Assembly: GCA_965216315.1 (NCBI GenBank)
Contig: CBDCFN010000016.1
Coordinates: 1,736,378 to 1,800,377, forward strand
DNA from: a bacterium
GTDB lineage: Bacteria > UBA10199 > 2-02-FULL-50-16 > JAJFLM01
Direction: 5' to 3'
DNA length: 64,000 nt
Of this stretch, positions 19,157 to 29,495 are shown piece after piece (the first letter of the stretch is position 1; every line of letters starts with the position of its first letter). The position numbers were made by a program, and so were the translations under genes. The notes under the pieces are model-generated. The model did not search any database. It was not told the origin of the DNA and saw nothing but the letters and a program-made list of their open reading frames with translations.

Positions 19157-20572
19157 TTATTTTTTTCTCTTGTTCTTACGACTCTTTCTTTTCGCCCAAC
19201 CTTTAATATTCTTTTGTTCCACGCGCGTCAATGCCAGTGAACCCGCAGGGACGTCTTTTGTAATGGTCGAGCCGGCACCAATCCATGAATCCGCTCCTAA
19301 AGTAACCGGAGCCACTAATTGCGTGTCACTGCCAATAAACGAGCGAGCACCAATCTTCGTCTCAAATTTATTCACCCCGTCATAATTGCATGTAATCGTC
19401 CCTGCTCCGATGTTGCTTAACTCGCCAATTTTTGAATTGCCCAGATAAGAAAGGTGATTCGCTTTGGCACCTTGGCCTAATTGTGTTTTTTTGAGCTCAA
19501 CAAAATTCCCAACTCGCGCACCCTTCTCTAAATACGAATCCGGACGTAGATGCGCAAAGGGGCCAACCTGCGCGCCCGCATCAAGCTTACTCTTTTCGAG
19601 CACACTATAGGGTTTAATATGTACGTCCTGACCAATACGAGAATCAGTGATTACACAGCCCGCATCAATACGAGTGCCCTGTTTCACCTGAGTGTGCCCT
19701 TTTAATGAACAGCCGGGGCCAATAACAACATCAGGGGCAAGACGAACAGAGCGGTCAATATAAGTCGTCTCGGGATCCTGCAAACTGACTCCTTTTTCCA
19801 TCCAGGCCCGATTGATGCGGTCGCGGATGACGCGGTTGGCGGCCGCTAACTCAGCGCGGTTATTAATCCCCATCACTTCTTTGGAATCTGCAACGCAATA
19901 GCTCCCTACACTCCCACCTGACTTCACGGCACGATCAACTAAATCAGTCAAATAATATTCACCCTTGCGTTGATTTTTCTTAATTTTGGGCAATTCTCTA
20001 AAGAGAAGTGGTTTGTTAACCAAGTACAAGCCTGTATTGATTTCTTTGATCTTGCGCTGTTCAGCATTCGCATCTATTTGTTCGACGACGGATTGGATAA
20101 GCCCTTGACCATTTCTAACAATGCGCCCGTAGCCTTTCGGCTCTTGAAATTCTGCCGTCATAACCGTCAGGCTATTGCCTTGACTACGATGCTGTTTTAA
20201 AAAAGCCTTGAGCGTCTGGGCCGTAATTAAGGGAACATCCCCATAGAGAATTAACACATCACCAGAAAAACTTTTGAGTGCCCCCAAGGCCGCTTTGACC
20301 GCATCAGCCGTCCCACGCTGTTGCGTTTGTTTAACACAACGTAACTGACGATGCCCATTGCCACGTCCATACGCAGCCGTTAAAACTCCCTGAACGGTCT
20401 CCATATCGTGACCCAAGACCACCACTAAACGCTCGGCACCCAGACTCTTCGCAACACTCAGCGGATAAAGAAGCATGGGGTCGCCTTGAACCGGATGGAG
20501 CACTTTCGGCAACGCCGAGCGCATACGTGTCCCCTTACCGGCGGCCAAAATTATTGTCGCTAATCCTGCCAT
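19157..20572 (-). CDS. glmU: Bifunctional UDP-GlcNAc pyrophosphorylase / GlcN-1-P acetyltransferase
   Basis: N-terminal IILAAGKGTRMRS nucleotidyltransferase motif plus C-terminal left-handed beta-helix hexapeptide repeats. 1-nt gap to glmS. Confidence 0.93.
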   Translation of the reverse strand: MAGLATIILAAGKGTRMRSALPKVLHPVQGDPMLLYPLSVAKSLGAERLVVVLGHDMETVQGVLTAAYGRGNGHRQLRCVKQTQQRGTADAVKAALGALKSFSGDVLILYGDVPLITAQTLKAFLKQHRSQGNSLTVMTAEFQEPKGYGRIVRNGQGLIQSVVEQIDANAEQRKIKEINTGLYLVNKPLLFRELPKIKKNQRKGEYYLTDLVDRAVKSGGSVGSYCVADSKEVMGINNRAELAAANRVIRDRINRAWMEKGVSLQDPETTYIDRSVRLAPDVVIGPGCSLKGHTQVKQGTRIDAGCVITDSRIGQDVHIKPYSVLEKSKLDAGAQVGPFAHLRPDSYLEKGARVGNFVELKKTQLGQGAKANHLSYLGNSKIGELSNIGAGTITCNYDGVNKFETKIGARSFIGSDTQLVAPVTLGADSWIGAGSTITKDVPAGSLALTRVEQKNIKGWAKRKSRKNKRKK

Positions 20573-20777
20573 TGAAACCTCGTTACCCCCCTTCCAGGAA
20601 AAAGCTATTCTTTCCCATGACTTTAGTGAAAGTCGGGTTCACCCCGTGCGAGCGAACGGTGCGCCTATATATAATGATGAACCGATATGTGGCAACCTTA
20701 TATAAAGGGGGCCATTTCGTTGAATAAATGACTAATATGGATGAAGCTTGTCTTTCACGGGAGCGGTTTGTTAAGGG

Positions 20778-21491
20778 ATGACTATGTGGATCCGAGCCAT
20801 CTTATTGTTTTTCTTAGTAATTTCGACCTGCCTGCATGGCTGTTCACGCTTGGCCAAGCAGTTTCCTAGCTTTACGGTGCGGGAGGATGTCGTCGAAGAC
20901 CAACTGAAGGCCGCCATGGAGGCCTATACGCTCGCGGACGCGGCCGGGACACGCGGAGAAAAAATGGGCTTTGCCAAAAAAGGCGTCACCTATGCGAAAC
21001 AATGTGCCCAACTCGATCCAAAACGGGCCGCCTGTTACTTCTATCAGGCCTTGAATACCGGACTGTATTACCAGGCGAAGATCTTTGGTTATCCTAAGGC
21101 GATGATCCGCATTGCAAAAGCGGCGCACAAGGTCAACGAACTCGACCCCCTCTACGAACAGGCCGGCGGCTACCGCATCCTTGGTAAACTCTACCTCGAA
21201 GCCCCAGCCTTCAATCTGGGCAGCAACGTGGTCCGAAAAGATCTGGATAAATCGCGCGCTTATTTGGAACAGGCGGTCAAGTCAGCCCCTGACTATCCGG
21301 AGAATCATCTATTTCTAGCCGAAACACTAGTCGCCCAAGACGAATGGGATAAAGCCCGCAACCACCTGAACACTGCGGAAAAACAAATCGCATCCTCTGA
21401 ATACACGGAAAAAGAACTTAATGATTGGAACAAAATCATTCGTAAACTTAAGAAAACTTTTAAACGAAAAAGACACAAATTGGGGCCCTGA
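20778..21491 (+). CDS. Hypothetical helical lipoprotein (237 aa)
   Basis: Signal peptide plus lipobox LHGCS. Ala/Lys-rich, probably TPR-like helical. Divergent from glmU. Confidence 0.6.
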   Translation: MTMWIRAILLFFLVISTCLHGCSRLAKQFPSFTVREDVVEDQLKAAMEAYTLADAAGTRGEKMGFAKKGVTYAKQCAQLDPKRAACYFYQALNTGLYYQAKIFGYPKAMIRIAKAAHKVNELDPLYEQAGGYRILGKLYLEAPAFNLGSNVVRKDLDKSRAYLEQAVKSAPDYPENHLFLAETLVAQDEWDKARNHLNTAEKQIASSEYTEKELNDWNKIIRKLKKTFKRKRHKLGP

Positions 21492-21493
21492 CT

Positions 21494-22870
21494 ATGTTTA
21501 AAAAACTTAATTCTATCTTGGTTATTATAGGCTTCGTACTCACTGCCAATCATGCGGCGTGGGCCGAAGACATACGCGTCGTGAACATCCTCAAAGAACT
21601 GATTGAGGCCGATACAACCAACCCGCCAGGAAGTGAATTGCGTGGTGTCCTCGTCCTTGAAAAATGGCTCAAACAAATCCCCAATATTGAGCTTGAGCGG
21701 CTGGAGTCGGAACCCGGCCGTACAAGTCTCATCGCCCGCATACATGGTAAGGGCGACCAGCCTGCCTTGATTCTTCTCGGCCACATTGATGTCGTCGCGG
21801 CTGATCCCAAGGAATGGAAACATCCACCGTTTAAGGCCACCATTGCCGACAACTATGTTTGGGGGCGCGGGGCTATCGATATGAAGGGAATGCTGGCAAT
21901 GCAAGTTGATGCCATGCTCAACCTGTCTGAACAAAAAAAATCTTTCAACGGTGACCTCATTCTCGTGGCAACTGCGGATGAAGAAACCGGCGGTGCAAAA
22001 GGAGCCGAATGGCTGCTTACAAAAAGGCCGGACCTGTTAAAAGCCGGCTGGGTGTTAAATGAAGGATCCATCGGGGTCCGCCGCGAAAATTTTGATATTT
22101 TTCCGATTCAGGTCGCTGAAAAAGGCGTCTGTTGGCTTCGGCTCACCAGTCAGGGGCGATCAGGTCATGGTTCGATGCCCGACAAAGATAATGCCGCACT
22201 CAAATTAATCACTGCTATGGATGTGATTGGGAACTATCGATTCCCACTACAAGCGACGCCTGTAACAAAAGAATTTCTGAGATCCATTAGCAGTCAATTT
22301 TCATTTCCGCAGTCGTTCGTTCTCAAAAATCTATTTCAACCGCTTATCGGACTTATTCTGCGGCCGCTGGCTCGTCCGCAAATTGCCAAAGATCGCGCCA
22401 TTCACGCTATTTTAACCCATACCGCCGCACCGACACGACTCACCGCCGGCAATAAAGTCAATGTCATCCCCCACACGGCCGAAGGTTACGTTGACGCACG
22501 CATACTCCCCGGAACCACTCCCGTTGAATTCCGTAATTTCCTCCAAGGCTTGGTGGGCAATGAGGTCAAATTAGAAATTGTCACTTCGAGCCTGCCCAAC
22601 GAAACTCAGTGGGATACGCCTTTTTACCGAGCTCTCGCACGCTCCCTAAAAAAACATTTTCCTGAGGCCGTCATCACACCCATCATGTCCGCAGGGGCGA
22701 CCGACTCGCGTTTTTTTCGCGATGCAGGGGTGCCCGCTTACGGTTTAATCCCGGCTTTGATCACTGAAGAAGATCTCGAAGGGCTCCACGGCAAAAATGA
22801 ACGCATTCCCATTAAGGGACTGAAAACGGGTGTCAAAATTATAACTGAAGTTATTGATGAGGTCCTCTAA
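21494..22870 (+). CDS. Secreted M20 family metallopeptidase (ArgE/DapE/CPG2-like)
   Basis: Signal peptide. M20 motifs LGHIDVV, GAIDMKG, ATADEETGG. Confidence 0.85.
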   Translation: MFKKLNSILVIIGFVLTANHAAWAEDIRVVNILKELIEADTTNPPGSELRGVLVLEKWLKQIPNIELERLESEPGRTSLIARIHGKGDQPALILLGHIDVVAADPKEWKHPPFKATIADNYVWGRGAIDMKGMLAMQVDAMLNLSEQKKSFNGDLILVATADEETGGAKGAEWLLTKRPDLLKAGWVLNEGSIGVRRENFDIFPIQVAEKGVCWLRLTSQGRSGHGSMPDKDNAALKLITAMDVIGNYRFPLQATPVTKEFLRSISSQFSFPQSFVLKNLFQPLIGLILRPLARPQIAKDRAIHAILTHTAAPTRLTAGNKVNVIPHTAEGYVDARILPGTTPVEFRNFLQGLVGNEVKLEIVTSSLPNETQWDTPFYRALARSLKKHFPEAVITPIMSAGATDSRFFRDAGVPAYGLIPALITEEDLEGLHGKNERIPIKGLKTGVKIITEVIDEVL

Positions 22871-23247
22871 TGGCTCGTTGCATTTATTGTCAGTGCCGAT
22901 CAGGATTTATATCGCAAGTATGCCGTGATTGCCGCACTTTAACCCGCGCTTTCAAAACTCTTAATGAGAATTTTGGGTACCGTGAGTTGCTTGATAAACT
23001 TTTGGATACCGGTGTCGATCCAGACAAAATAGAAAAGTTTCTCGACACGGATACCGAAGGAACCGGCAGTATCAGTCAACGGATCACCGCTCGGATGACC
23101 AATCAACTGATGGCAGATCTGGGCCAACCGACAAAAATGAGCGGTCAGGATGTAAAAGAGGTTGAAAAGAGCATCGCAAACGGCGAAAGTTACCTGGATA
23201 TGCCGGATGTGGTCGCGCATCCCAAAAGCGAACCAGAGGAAGAATAG
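22870..23247 (+). CDS. Small zinc-ribbon protein (125 aa), hypothetical
   Basis: N-terminal CIYCQCRSG...CRDC Cys4 motif. TAATG overlap with the M20 gene stop and a 2-nt gap to mgtE. Confidence 0.55.
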   Translation: MARCIYCQCRSGFISQVCRDCRTLTRAFKTLNENFGYRELLDKLLDTGVDPDKIEKFLDTDTEGTGSISQRITARMTNQLMADLGQPTKMSGQDVKEVEKSIANGESYLDMPDVVAHPKSEPEEE

Positions 23248-23249
23248 TA

Positions 23250-24602
23250 ATGCCATTGGCCCCGATCAAAGCGAAGCTGTTTCGCCGCCTTCTTGAGGTT
23301 GGATCGGACGATAATATCCGCAAGAGCCTTGAAAAGCTCCACCCTGCTGACATTGCCCCCTTCTTTTCAGAACTAGCCCCTGGCGACCGGTCCCGACTGC
23401 TCAAAATACTCTTCTCGATGAAAAAGGCCGCCAAGGTGCTTCGCGAGATGCCTGAATTTTTTCTTTCGGAGATACTCTCAGAGATCGACGACAAGCAGGT
23501 GGCCACGACCTTAATCAATCTCGAACCCGATGATGCCCTCTATTTCCTGGAGAGTCTTAGCTCCGAACGGCAGGAAACCGTCCTGACCCTCGTTCCCACA
23601 TCAACCCGTAATTTGCTCGAGCAGATGATTTTGTATCCGGAAGATTCAGCCGGCAGCATCATGAATGTGAGTATCGTAACCCTCAAAGAAGACATGACAG
23701 CCCAGGATGCGATTGATCATATTCGAGCCAACAAGGAACACATGGGGGTTTATTACCTCTATGTCGTCGACAGCGATGGAATGCTCAGCGGCATCCTCAG
23801 CCTACGTGACTTGTTGTTAGCCAAAGCGGATACAAACATTAATGAACTTATGAATCGGCAAATTGTCACGGTAGAGCCGACGGTTGATCGAGAAGAAGTC
23901 GCACAACTGTTTTCACAATATAACCTGTTAGGCATGCCGGTCGTAGACGAGAATCGCAAACTCTTAGGTGTTATTACCGTCGATGATGTTATTGATATCA
24001 TCGAAGAAGAGGCGACCGAAGATATTTATTACATGGCGGGACTCTCTGAAGCGGATCGAGCCTTTTCACCGCTCAAAGAATCGGTGCGCCGGCGACTTCC
24101 CTGGATTACACTTAACATTGGGACGGCCTGCCTTTCCGCCTTAGTCGTCGGCTTTTTCCAAAAGTCCATTGTTCAAGCCGTTGCTTTAGCCGTTTTTATG
24201 CCGGTCGTCGTTCAAGTCGCCGGAAGCGTCGGCATTCAAACACTTACCGTTATTACGCGGTCCATCGCCCTCGGTGAATTAGAGTTTGCCACCGCTGGAC
24301 GAGCAATCGGCAAAGAGATGGGGTCGGGACTGATTATCGGCCTGATTGCTGGCATCCTGGTCGGTGGCGTCGGCTATCTGTGGATGGGAAACATGTATCT
24401 GGGGCTGGTGCTCGCATCTGCAATGGTACTGACGATGGTGTTGGCTGGGACCATCGGAGCGCTCATCCCTCTGACCTTACGGGCCATGGACTTTGACCCG
24501 GCACTCGGCTCCGGTGTGGCCGTCATCGCCATTACAGACGTCTGCGGCTTTGTCATTTTTCTGGGCTTAGGAACGATGTTTTTAAGCTATTTAGGGGTTT
24601 AA
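23250..24602 (+). CDS. mgtE: Magnesium transporter MgtE
   Basis: MgtE N-domain, two CBS domains (GILSLRDLL ... GVITVDDVIDI), then five TM helices. Confidence 0.92.
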   Translation: MPLAPIKAKLFRRLLEVGSDDNIRKSLEKLHPADIAPFFSELAPGDRSRLLKILFSMKKAAKVLREMPEFFLSEILSEIDDKQVATTLINLEPDDALYFLESLSSERQETVLTLVPTSTRNLLEQMILYPEDSAGSIMNVSIVTLKEDMTAQDAIDHIRANKEHMGVYYLYVVDSDGMLSGILSLRDLLLAKADTNINELMNRQIVTVEPTVDREEVAQLFSQYNLLGMPVVDENRKLLGVITVDDVIDIIEEEATEDIYYMAGLSEADRAFSPLKESVRRRLPWITLNIGTACLSALVVGFFQKSIVQAVALAVFMPVVVQVAGSVGIQTLTVITRSIALGELEFATAGRAIGKEMGSGLIIGLIAGILVGGVGYLWMGNMYLGLVLASAMVLTMVLAGTIGALIPLTLRAMDFDPALGSGVAVIAITDVCGFVIFLGLGTMFLSYLGV

Positions 24603-24619
24603 TATTTAAGGGGGGAGTC

Positions 24620-25768
24620 ATGCAGGGATTCGGATCACGCCTACTGGGATCAATAAAAGGGATATTCATCGGTTTAGTCATCTTTGTCGCGGCCTTTCCC
24701 GTTTTATGGTGGGGAGAAGGTCGTCAAAACCTTGCCGAGTTCGTAGAGGAAGCGACAGCAATCGAATCAAAAGGTACACCTTCCGTTGAAGCGAACTCCC
24801 TGATTAAAACAACTGGAATCATTACTTCGCCCCAAAAAATCCAAGATGCTAAATTCTTGCCGGGCTTTGCAGGCGACAATGTCCTCCAATTAAACCGCAA
24901 CGTCGAGATGTACGCCTGGAAAGAGACGGTTACAACAACTAAAAACGGCGACAAAGAAACTAAAACCTATACTTACGACACCGTATGGACTTCCTCCCCG
25001 AGTGATTCATCTCGATTTCATGAGCAGGCAGGCCACACCAATCCTAAACCCAAGGTGAAAAATGAACAATTTCGCGTAAGCCAGGCATCTGTCGGCGACC
25101 TTGCTATTGATGCAGCTCAATCCCGTTTCTATAAGACAGTCCCGCTCGTCCTGAAAAAACCTGATGTCATCACAATGCATGGCAAAGAGAAAACTTCTCT
25201 TTCTGGAGATGGCACCCATCTCTATCTACCAATTCAAAAACTCTCAGCAGGCTTTTCTTTCAGCAAGCCAAGAAATGTCGCGGCCGCACCAAAAGTGGGC
25301 GACCTCCGCTTATCCTACGATCACTACCCCGCTAACCAAGAAGGCAGTGTCGTCGGGCGATGGAGCGGAAGCAAAATTGTCCCCCACATTTACGACAAAA
25401 CTGATACCTTCCTAGGCATCTACCCGGGAAGTCCTGATCTGTTCGCAGCGTATCTCCACCAACAGCATAAAATCATGACCTGGTTTATCCGGATCGCAAG
25501 TTTTATCATGTTGTGGATCGGTCTGAACATGGTGCTCGGACCGGTCTTTTTTCTCATTGGCGCCATTCCGATTGTGGGTGAGCTCGGCAAAGGCATGATT
25601 TCCATAATGACCGGCGCGATCGCCTTTGGCCTCTGGTTACTGACCTTGTTACTCGCTAATTTCTGGCTCATCCTGATCATATTACTTGCCTTAGGAATTG
25701 GTTTATTGATCTACGCCAAAAAGAAAGATGCCGACTCACCACCGCAGGTTCCTGCTGAGGCCGGCTAG
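24620..25768 (+). CDS. TMEM43/DUF1625-like membrane protein
   Basis: N-terminal TM, large loop with EMYAWKE ... YTYDTVW motifs, C-terminal cluster of TM helices. Confidence 0.6.
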   Translation: MQGFGSRLLGSIKGIFIGLVIFVAAFPVLWWGEGRQNLAEFVEEATAIESKGTPSVEANSLIKTTGIITSPQKIQDAKFLPGFAGDNVLQLNRNVEMYAWKETVTTTKNGDKETKTYTYDTVWTSSPSDSSRFHEQAGHTNPKPKVKNEQFRVSQASVGDLAIDAAQSRFYKTVPLVLKKPDVITMHGKEKTSLSGDGTHLYLPIQKLSAGFSFSKPRNVAAAPKVGDLRLSYDHYPANQEGSVVGRWSGSKIVPHIYDKTDTFLGIYPGSPDLFAAYLHQQHKIMTWFIRIASFIMLWIGLNMVLGPVFFLIGAIPIVGELGKGMISIMTGAIAFGLWLLTLLLANFWLILIILLALGIGLLIYAKKKDADSPPQVPAEAG

Positions 25769-25779
25769 TAAAGACTATC

Positions 25780-26796
25780 ATGCGCTGGCAGCAGAAACTG
25801 CTTACATGGTACCGCCAACATCAACGCGACCTGCCCTGGCGTCGACGACCGACGCCCTATCGCGTTCTCGTGAGCGAAATCATGTTGCAACAAACGACGG
25901 TTAAAACGGTCATCCCCTACTACCGCAACTTTCTAAAAAAGTTCCCTTCGATGCGTTCCCTCGCCAATTCACAGGAGGAAGAAGTCCTGGCCGCATGGTC
26001 AGGACTTGGTTACTATTCACGGGCTCGCAATTTGCATAAAACAGCGAAGATCTGTCTAAAAGAGTACAAAGGAAAATTACCGAATAGTGCAGACACTCTC
26101 ATCAGACTTCCCGGTATAGGTGCCTATACGGCGGGAGCCATTGCGTCGATTGCTTATGATCAACCAGCCGCCATCGTCGACGGGAATGTCGCGCGCGTTC
26201 TGTCACGTCTTTTTCGGATGAAGGCCGATCCCAAAAACGCCACCGGACTCAAGGAATATTGGCGCCAGGCAAGAGAACAAATGCTACAACATGATTGTGG
26301 AGACTACAATCAAGCATTGATGGAATTAGGCGCAACTATCTGCACACCGACGCGCCCGCTCTGCGAATTTTGTCCCGTTCAAAAAAATTGCTCTGCCTTT
26401 CAAGAAGACGATCCAGGTCAATATCCGCGGATACAAAAGCGCATGCAATACCGTAACGTTCACCTCACTGCCGCATTGATCGCCCATGGAGAATCTTTCT
26501 TAATGGTCAAACGTCCCAACCGAGGAGCCTTGCGCAACATGTGGGAATTCCCTATGATCGAGGGTGAGATCCAAGATCTAGCTTCGGCCTATTCGCTTAC
26601 ACTACCAACCGGAACAGCCTTACGCCCGGTACGTCATAGCATTATGGACCAACGAATTCGGGTTAGCCCGTGGCTATTTGAAAAAACACGGTCAATTAGC
26701 AAACCCAAGCAGGGTCGCTGGTTTCAATTGGCGGACATACAACAGCTACCCAGTTCTTCTCTTGTTACGAAACTCCTCGCCCAATTGCCCGATTAA
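25780..26796 (+). CDS. mutY: A/G-specific adenine DNA glycosylase
   Basis: HhH-GPD motif LPGIGAYTAGAIASIAY, FeS cluster CTPTRPLCEFCPVQKNC, C-terminal NUDIX-like domain. Confidence 0.92.
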   Translation: MRWQQKLLTWYRQHQRDLPWRRRPTPYRVLVSEIMLQQTTVKTVIPYYRNFLKKFPSMRSLANSQEEEVLAAWSGLGYYSRARNLHKTAKICLKEYKGKLPNSADTLIRLPGIGAYTAGAIASIAYDQPAAIVDGNVARVLSRLFRMKADPKNATGLKEYWRQAREQMLQHDCGDYNQALMELGATICTPTRPLCEFCPVQKNCSAFQEDDPGQYPRIQKRMQYRNVHLTAALIAHGESFLMVKRPNRGALRNMWEFPMIEGEIQDLASAYSLTLPTGTALRPVRHSIMDQRIRVSPWLFEKTRSISKPKQGRWFQLADIQQLPSSSLVTKLLAQLPD

Positions 26797-26857
26797 CCCT
26801 CATTGTTTTTCACCGCCCATCCGCTATAATTAGCATGACGGAGTGGATGGGTGTCGC

Positions 26858-27685
26858 ATGAGTGAAATAGAAAATCTTCAATCATTATCACTGGTTAACC
26901 TTGAAACCATCGCCATTGAAGAGATTGCATTACTGGTCGCCAAGGACCACTATCCGGAACTGGATACCTCCGCTTATCTCAATCAACTCGATGAGTTTGC
27001 GCGTCGGGCCCGCTATCGCATTGAGGGCGTTGCGGGTGACGCCGCGATCGCGCGCGCACTCAGCCACTATCTCTTCGACGAAGAAGGTTTTCGTGGGAAC
27101 ACAGCAGACTACTACAATCCATCCAATAACCTCTTTAATGATGTCATGGATCAGCGAACGGGCATGCCAATTTCCCTGTGCGTTCTTTATATTGCAATTG
27201 GTCGCCGCCTCGGACTTGATGTTGCTGGCGTCAATTTTCCGGGACACTTCTTAGTTCATTTTAAAAGCGCACCTACGAGTTTTTACGTTGATGCCTTTGC
27301 GAAGGGGAAACTTCTATCGAAAGATGAGTGTAATAAGCGATTGGTCGATCGCTATGGAGATGCGATTCCACCGCAAGATCAATTTTTTCAACCTGCCAGT
27401 CATCGAGAAATCCTGATCCGTATGTTGACCAATATAAAAATGTCGTTTGTACGCCGTAGAGACTTTGAAAATGCCTTGAGAGCACTCAACAGTATTCTCC
27501 TCTTTGCACCCAATGGCGCTGAAGAATTAAAAGAACGCGGGCTCATCTATTTTCATCTGGAGTGCTTTCGGTCCGCCCTCACCGATCTCGAATCTTACCT
27601 TGATCTTGAGCCACAGGCACCGGATCGCGAAGAAATTGAGGCGTGTGTGGCGGACTTGAGGGATCGCGTGTCACAAATATCGTAG
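26858..27685 (+). CDS. Transglutaminase-like/TPR protein (UPF0162, SirB1/YchA-like)
   Basis: LCVLYIAIGRRLGLDVAGVNFPGHFLVHF core followed by TPR-like helices. ATG 26858 preferred over the track GTG at 26843. Confidence 0.7.
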   Translation: MSEIENLQSLSLVNLETIAIEEIALLVAKDHYPELDTSAYLNQLDEFARRARYRIEGVAGDAAIARALSHYLFDEEGFRGNTADYYNPSNNLFNDVMDQRTGMPISLCVLYIAIGRRLGLDVAGVNFPGHFLVHFKSAPTSFYVDAFAKGKLLSKDECNKRLVDRYGDAIPPQDQFFQPASHREILIRMLTNIKMSFVRRRDFENALRALNSILLFAPNGAEELKERGLIYFHLECFRSALTDLESYLDLEPQAPDREEIEACVADLRDRVSQIS

Positions 27686-27764
27686 GCGCGCTGCTTGCTG
27701 CGCCCGCAAGTACCATCATGCAAATCCTTTACATTGCCCTGAAATTCCGCTTTGTTACGCGGCA

Positions 27765-29495
27765 ATGACCGCAGTAATAGCCACCTTGATCTGCCTGCTC
27801 GCATACGCCCTCGGCTATCGTTTCTATTCGCGTTATCTCGCTAACAAAATCTTCGGGCTCCGACCAGAAGCCGTCACACCGGCCCACGCGCTCCGTGATG
27901 ACGTGGACTATGTCCCCTCTCCACGACTCATCCTCTTTGGCCACCATTATGCCTCGATCACCGGTCTGGCCCCGATGCTGGGGCCAGCCGTCGCCGTCAT
28001 CTGGGGCTGGATCCCCGCAATGCTGTGGGTGGTACTAGGCGCCTTGCTCGTCGGCTGTGTCCACGACTTTGGTGCCTTGGTCATTTCGATACGCGCCAGA
28101 GGTATGAGCATCGGCAAGGTAACGGAAGGAATTATCGGTCATCGCGCCAAAACGCTCTTTTTATTGCTGATCTTTTTCGGGATTTCACTGGCGATGGGAG
28201 TCTTTGTCTTTGTCATCTCCACCCTGTTCACGACTAAGTTCTATCCTCAAGCCGTTTCTCCGTCCGCCATTATTATGATTCTTGCAGTGATAATGGGTTA
28301 TCTTATCTTTAAAAAAGGCTGGCAACTGCCCATGCTAACCGGCCTCGCCTTCGCGTTGAGCCTACTCGGCATTTGGGTGGGACTGGCCGCTCCGACCATG
28401 GGCGTGGCAAATGAAACGTGGCCTGACGTTCATACATGGTCATGGATCTTGTTGGCCTACGCCTTCATTGCCAGCGTACTGCCCGTCTGGGCCTTACTGC
28501 AAAGCCGCGATTTCATTAACTCCCTTTTACTCTATTTAGGGCTCGGCACCATGTATATTGGCTTTTTCGTGCTCAAGCCGGAGTTTGCCTCACCGGCTTT
28601 TAACGCCCATCCGGAGGGAGCGCCCTCAATCTTCCCCTTCGTGTTCATCGTCATCGCCTGCGGCGCGGCCAGTGGATTTCATTCGCTGGTAAGCTCCGGA
28701 ACGACAGCAAAACAAATTAACCGCGAACCGGACGCCCGCTTCATCGGCTATGGTGGGATGATTGGCGAGTCACTGTTGGGATTGATGGCCGTTCTCGCCT
28801 GCACCGCCGGATTCATCTCAAAAGAACATTGGCATTCCCATTATGTTGACTGGACCAGCGTGCAGGGTCTGGGCAATACCATCAGTGCTTTCATCGAAGG
28901 ATCGGCCCGCTTTATCAGTGGTCTCGGAATTCCCGGCAAGGTAGCGTCCTCATTTGTCGCCGTCGTGGTGGTGAGCTTTGCACTGACGACTTTGGATTCG
29001 GCAACCCGCCTCCTCCGCTATAATATCGAAGAACTTGCCGAGGCCGCCGGCATCAAAGTGCGTCTCAACCGCTATCTGAGTTCCCTCCTCGCTGTGGCCG
29101 CCATTGCCTTCTTTGCCTTCTATGAAATTAACGGCAAACCTGCCGGGCTGACACTCTGGCAACTCTTTGGCACAACCAACCAATTATTGGCCAGCCTAGC
29201 CCTCCTGGTCGTGACGCTTTATCTCAAGCAACGAGGCCGCAACTATTGGTTTACGCTTATTCCAATGGTATTCATGCTTGGCACGACATTAGCCGCCATG
29301 GTGAGCCAACTCAGTAAATTCTGGCACACGGATAATATCCTCCTCTTCATTGTTGGGTCGATATTGATGCTCCTGGCCTTATGGTTGCTCTTTGATGCCG
29401 TGATTACCCTTAGGAAACCGACGCGGCATTTGGAAGGCACGCTGGATATCAAGTTTAAAGACGGCTCAGAAGATCATCCCGTTCCAAGCGTTTAA
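27765..29495 (+). CDS. cstA: Carbon starvation protein A family transporter
   Basis: CstA N-terminal signature MTAVIATLICLLAYALGYRFYSRYLANKIFGL, polytopic membrane protein. Confidence 0.9.
   Translation: MTAVIATLICLLAYALGYRFYSRYLANKIFGLRPEAVTPAHALRDDVDYVPSPRLILFGHHYASITGLAPMLGPAVAVIWGWIPAMLWVVLGALLVGCVHDFGALVISIRARGMSIGKVTEGIIGHRAKTLFLLLIFFGISLAMGVFVFVISTLFTTKFYPQAVSPSAIIMILAVIMGYLIFKKGWQLPMLTGLAFALSLLGIWVGLAAPTMGVANETWPDVHTWSWILLAYAFIASVLPVWALLQSRDFINSLLLYLGLGTMYIGFFVLKPEFASPAFNAHPEGAPSIFPFVFIVIACGAASGFHSLVSSGTTAKQINREPDARFIGYGGMIGESLLGLMAVLACTAGFISKEHWHSHYVDWTSVQGLGNTISAFIEGSARFISGLGIPGKVASSFVAVVVVSFALTTLDSATRLLRYNIEELAEAAGIKVRLNRYLSSLLAVAAIAFFAFYEINGKPAGLTLWQLFGTTNQLLASLALLVVTLYLKQRGRNYWFTLIPMVFMLGTTLAAMVSQLSKFWHTDNILLFIVGSILMLLALWLLFDAVITLRKPTRHLEGTLDIKFKDGSEDHPVPSV

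Noticed and set aside
20573-20777. glmS ribozyme or other riboswitch upstream of the glmU-glmS operon
   Set aside because: glmS is second in the operon, and the 205-bp divergent intergenic region shows no conserved ribozyme core that I could recognise. Probably just two promoters.
23230-23250. M-box (Mg) riboswitch before mgtE
   Set aside because: mgtE starts 2 nt after the preceding coupled ORF. There is no leader in which a riboswitch could reside.
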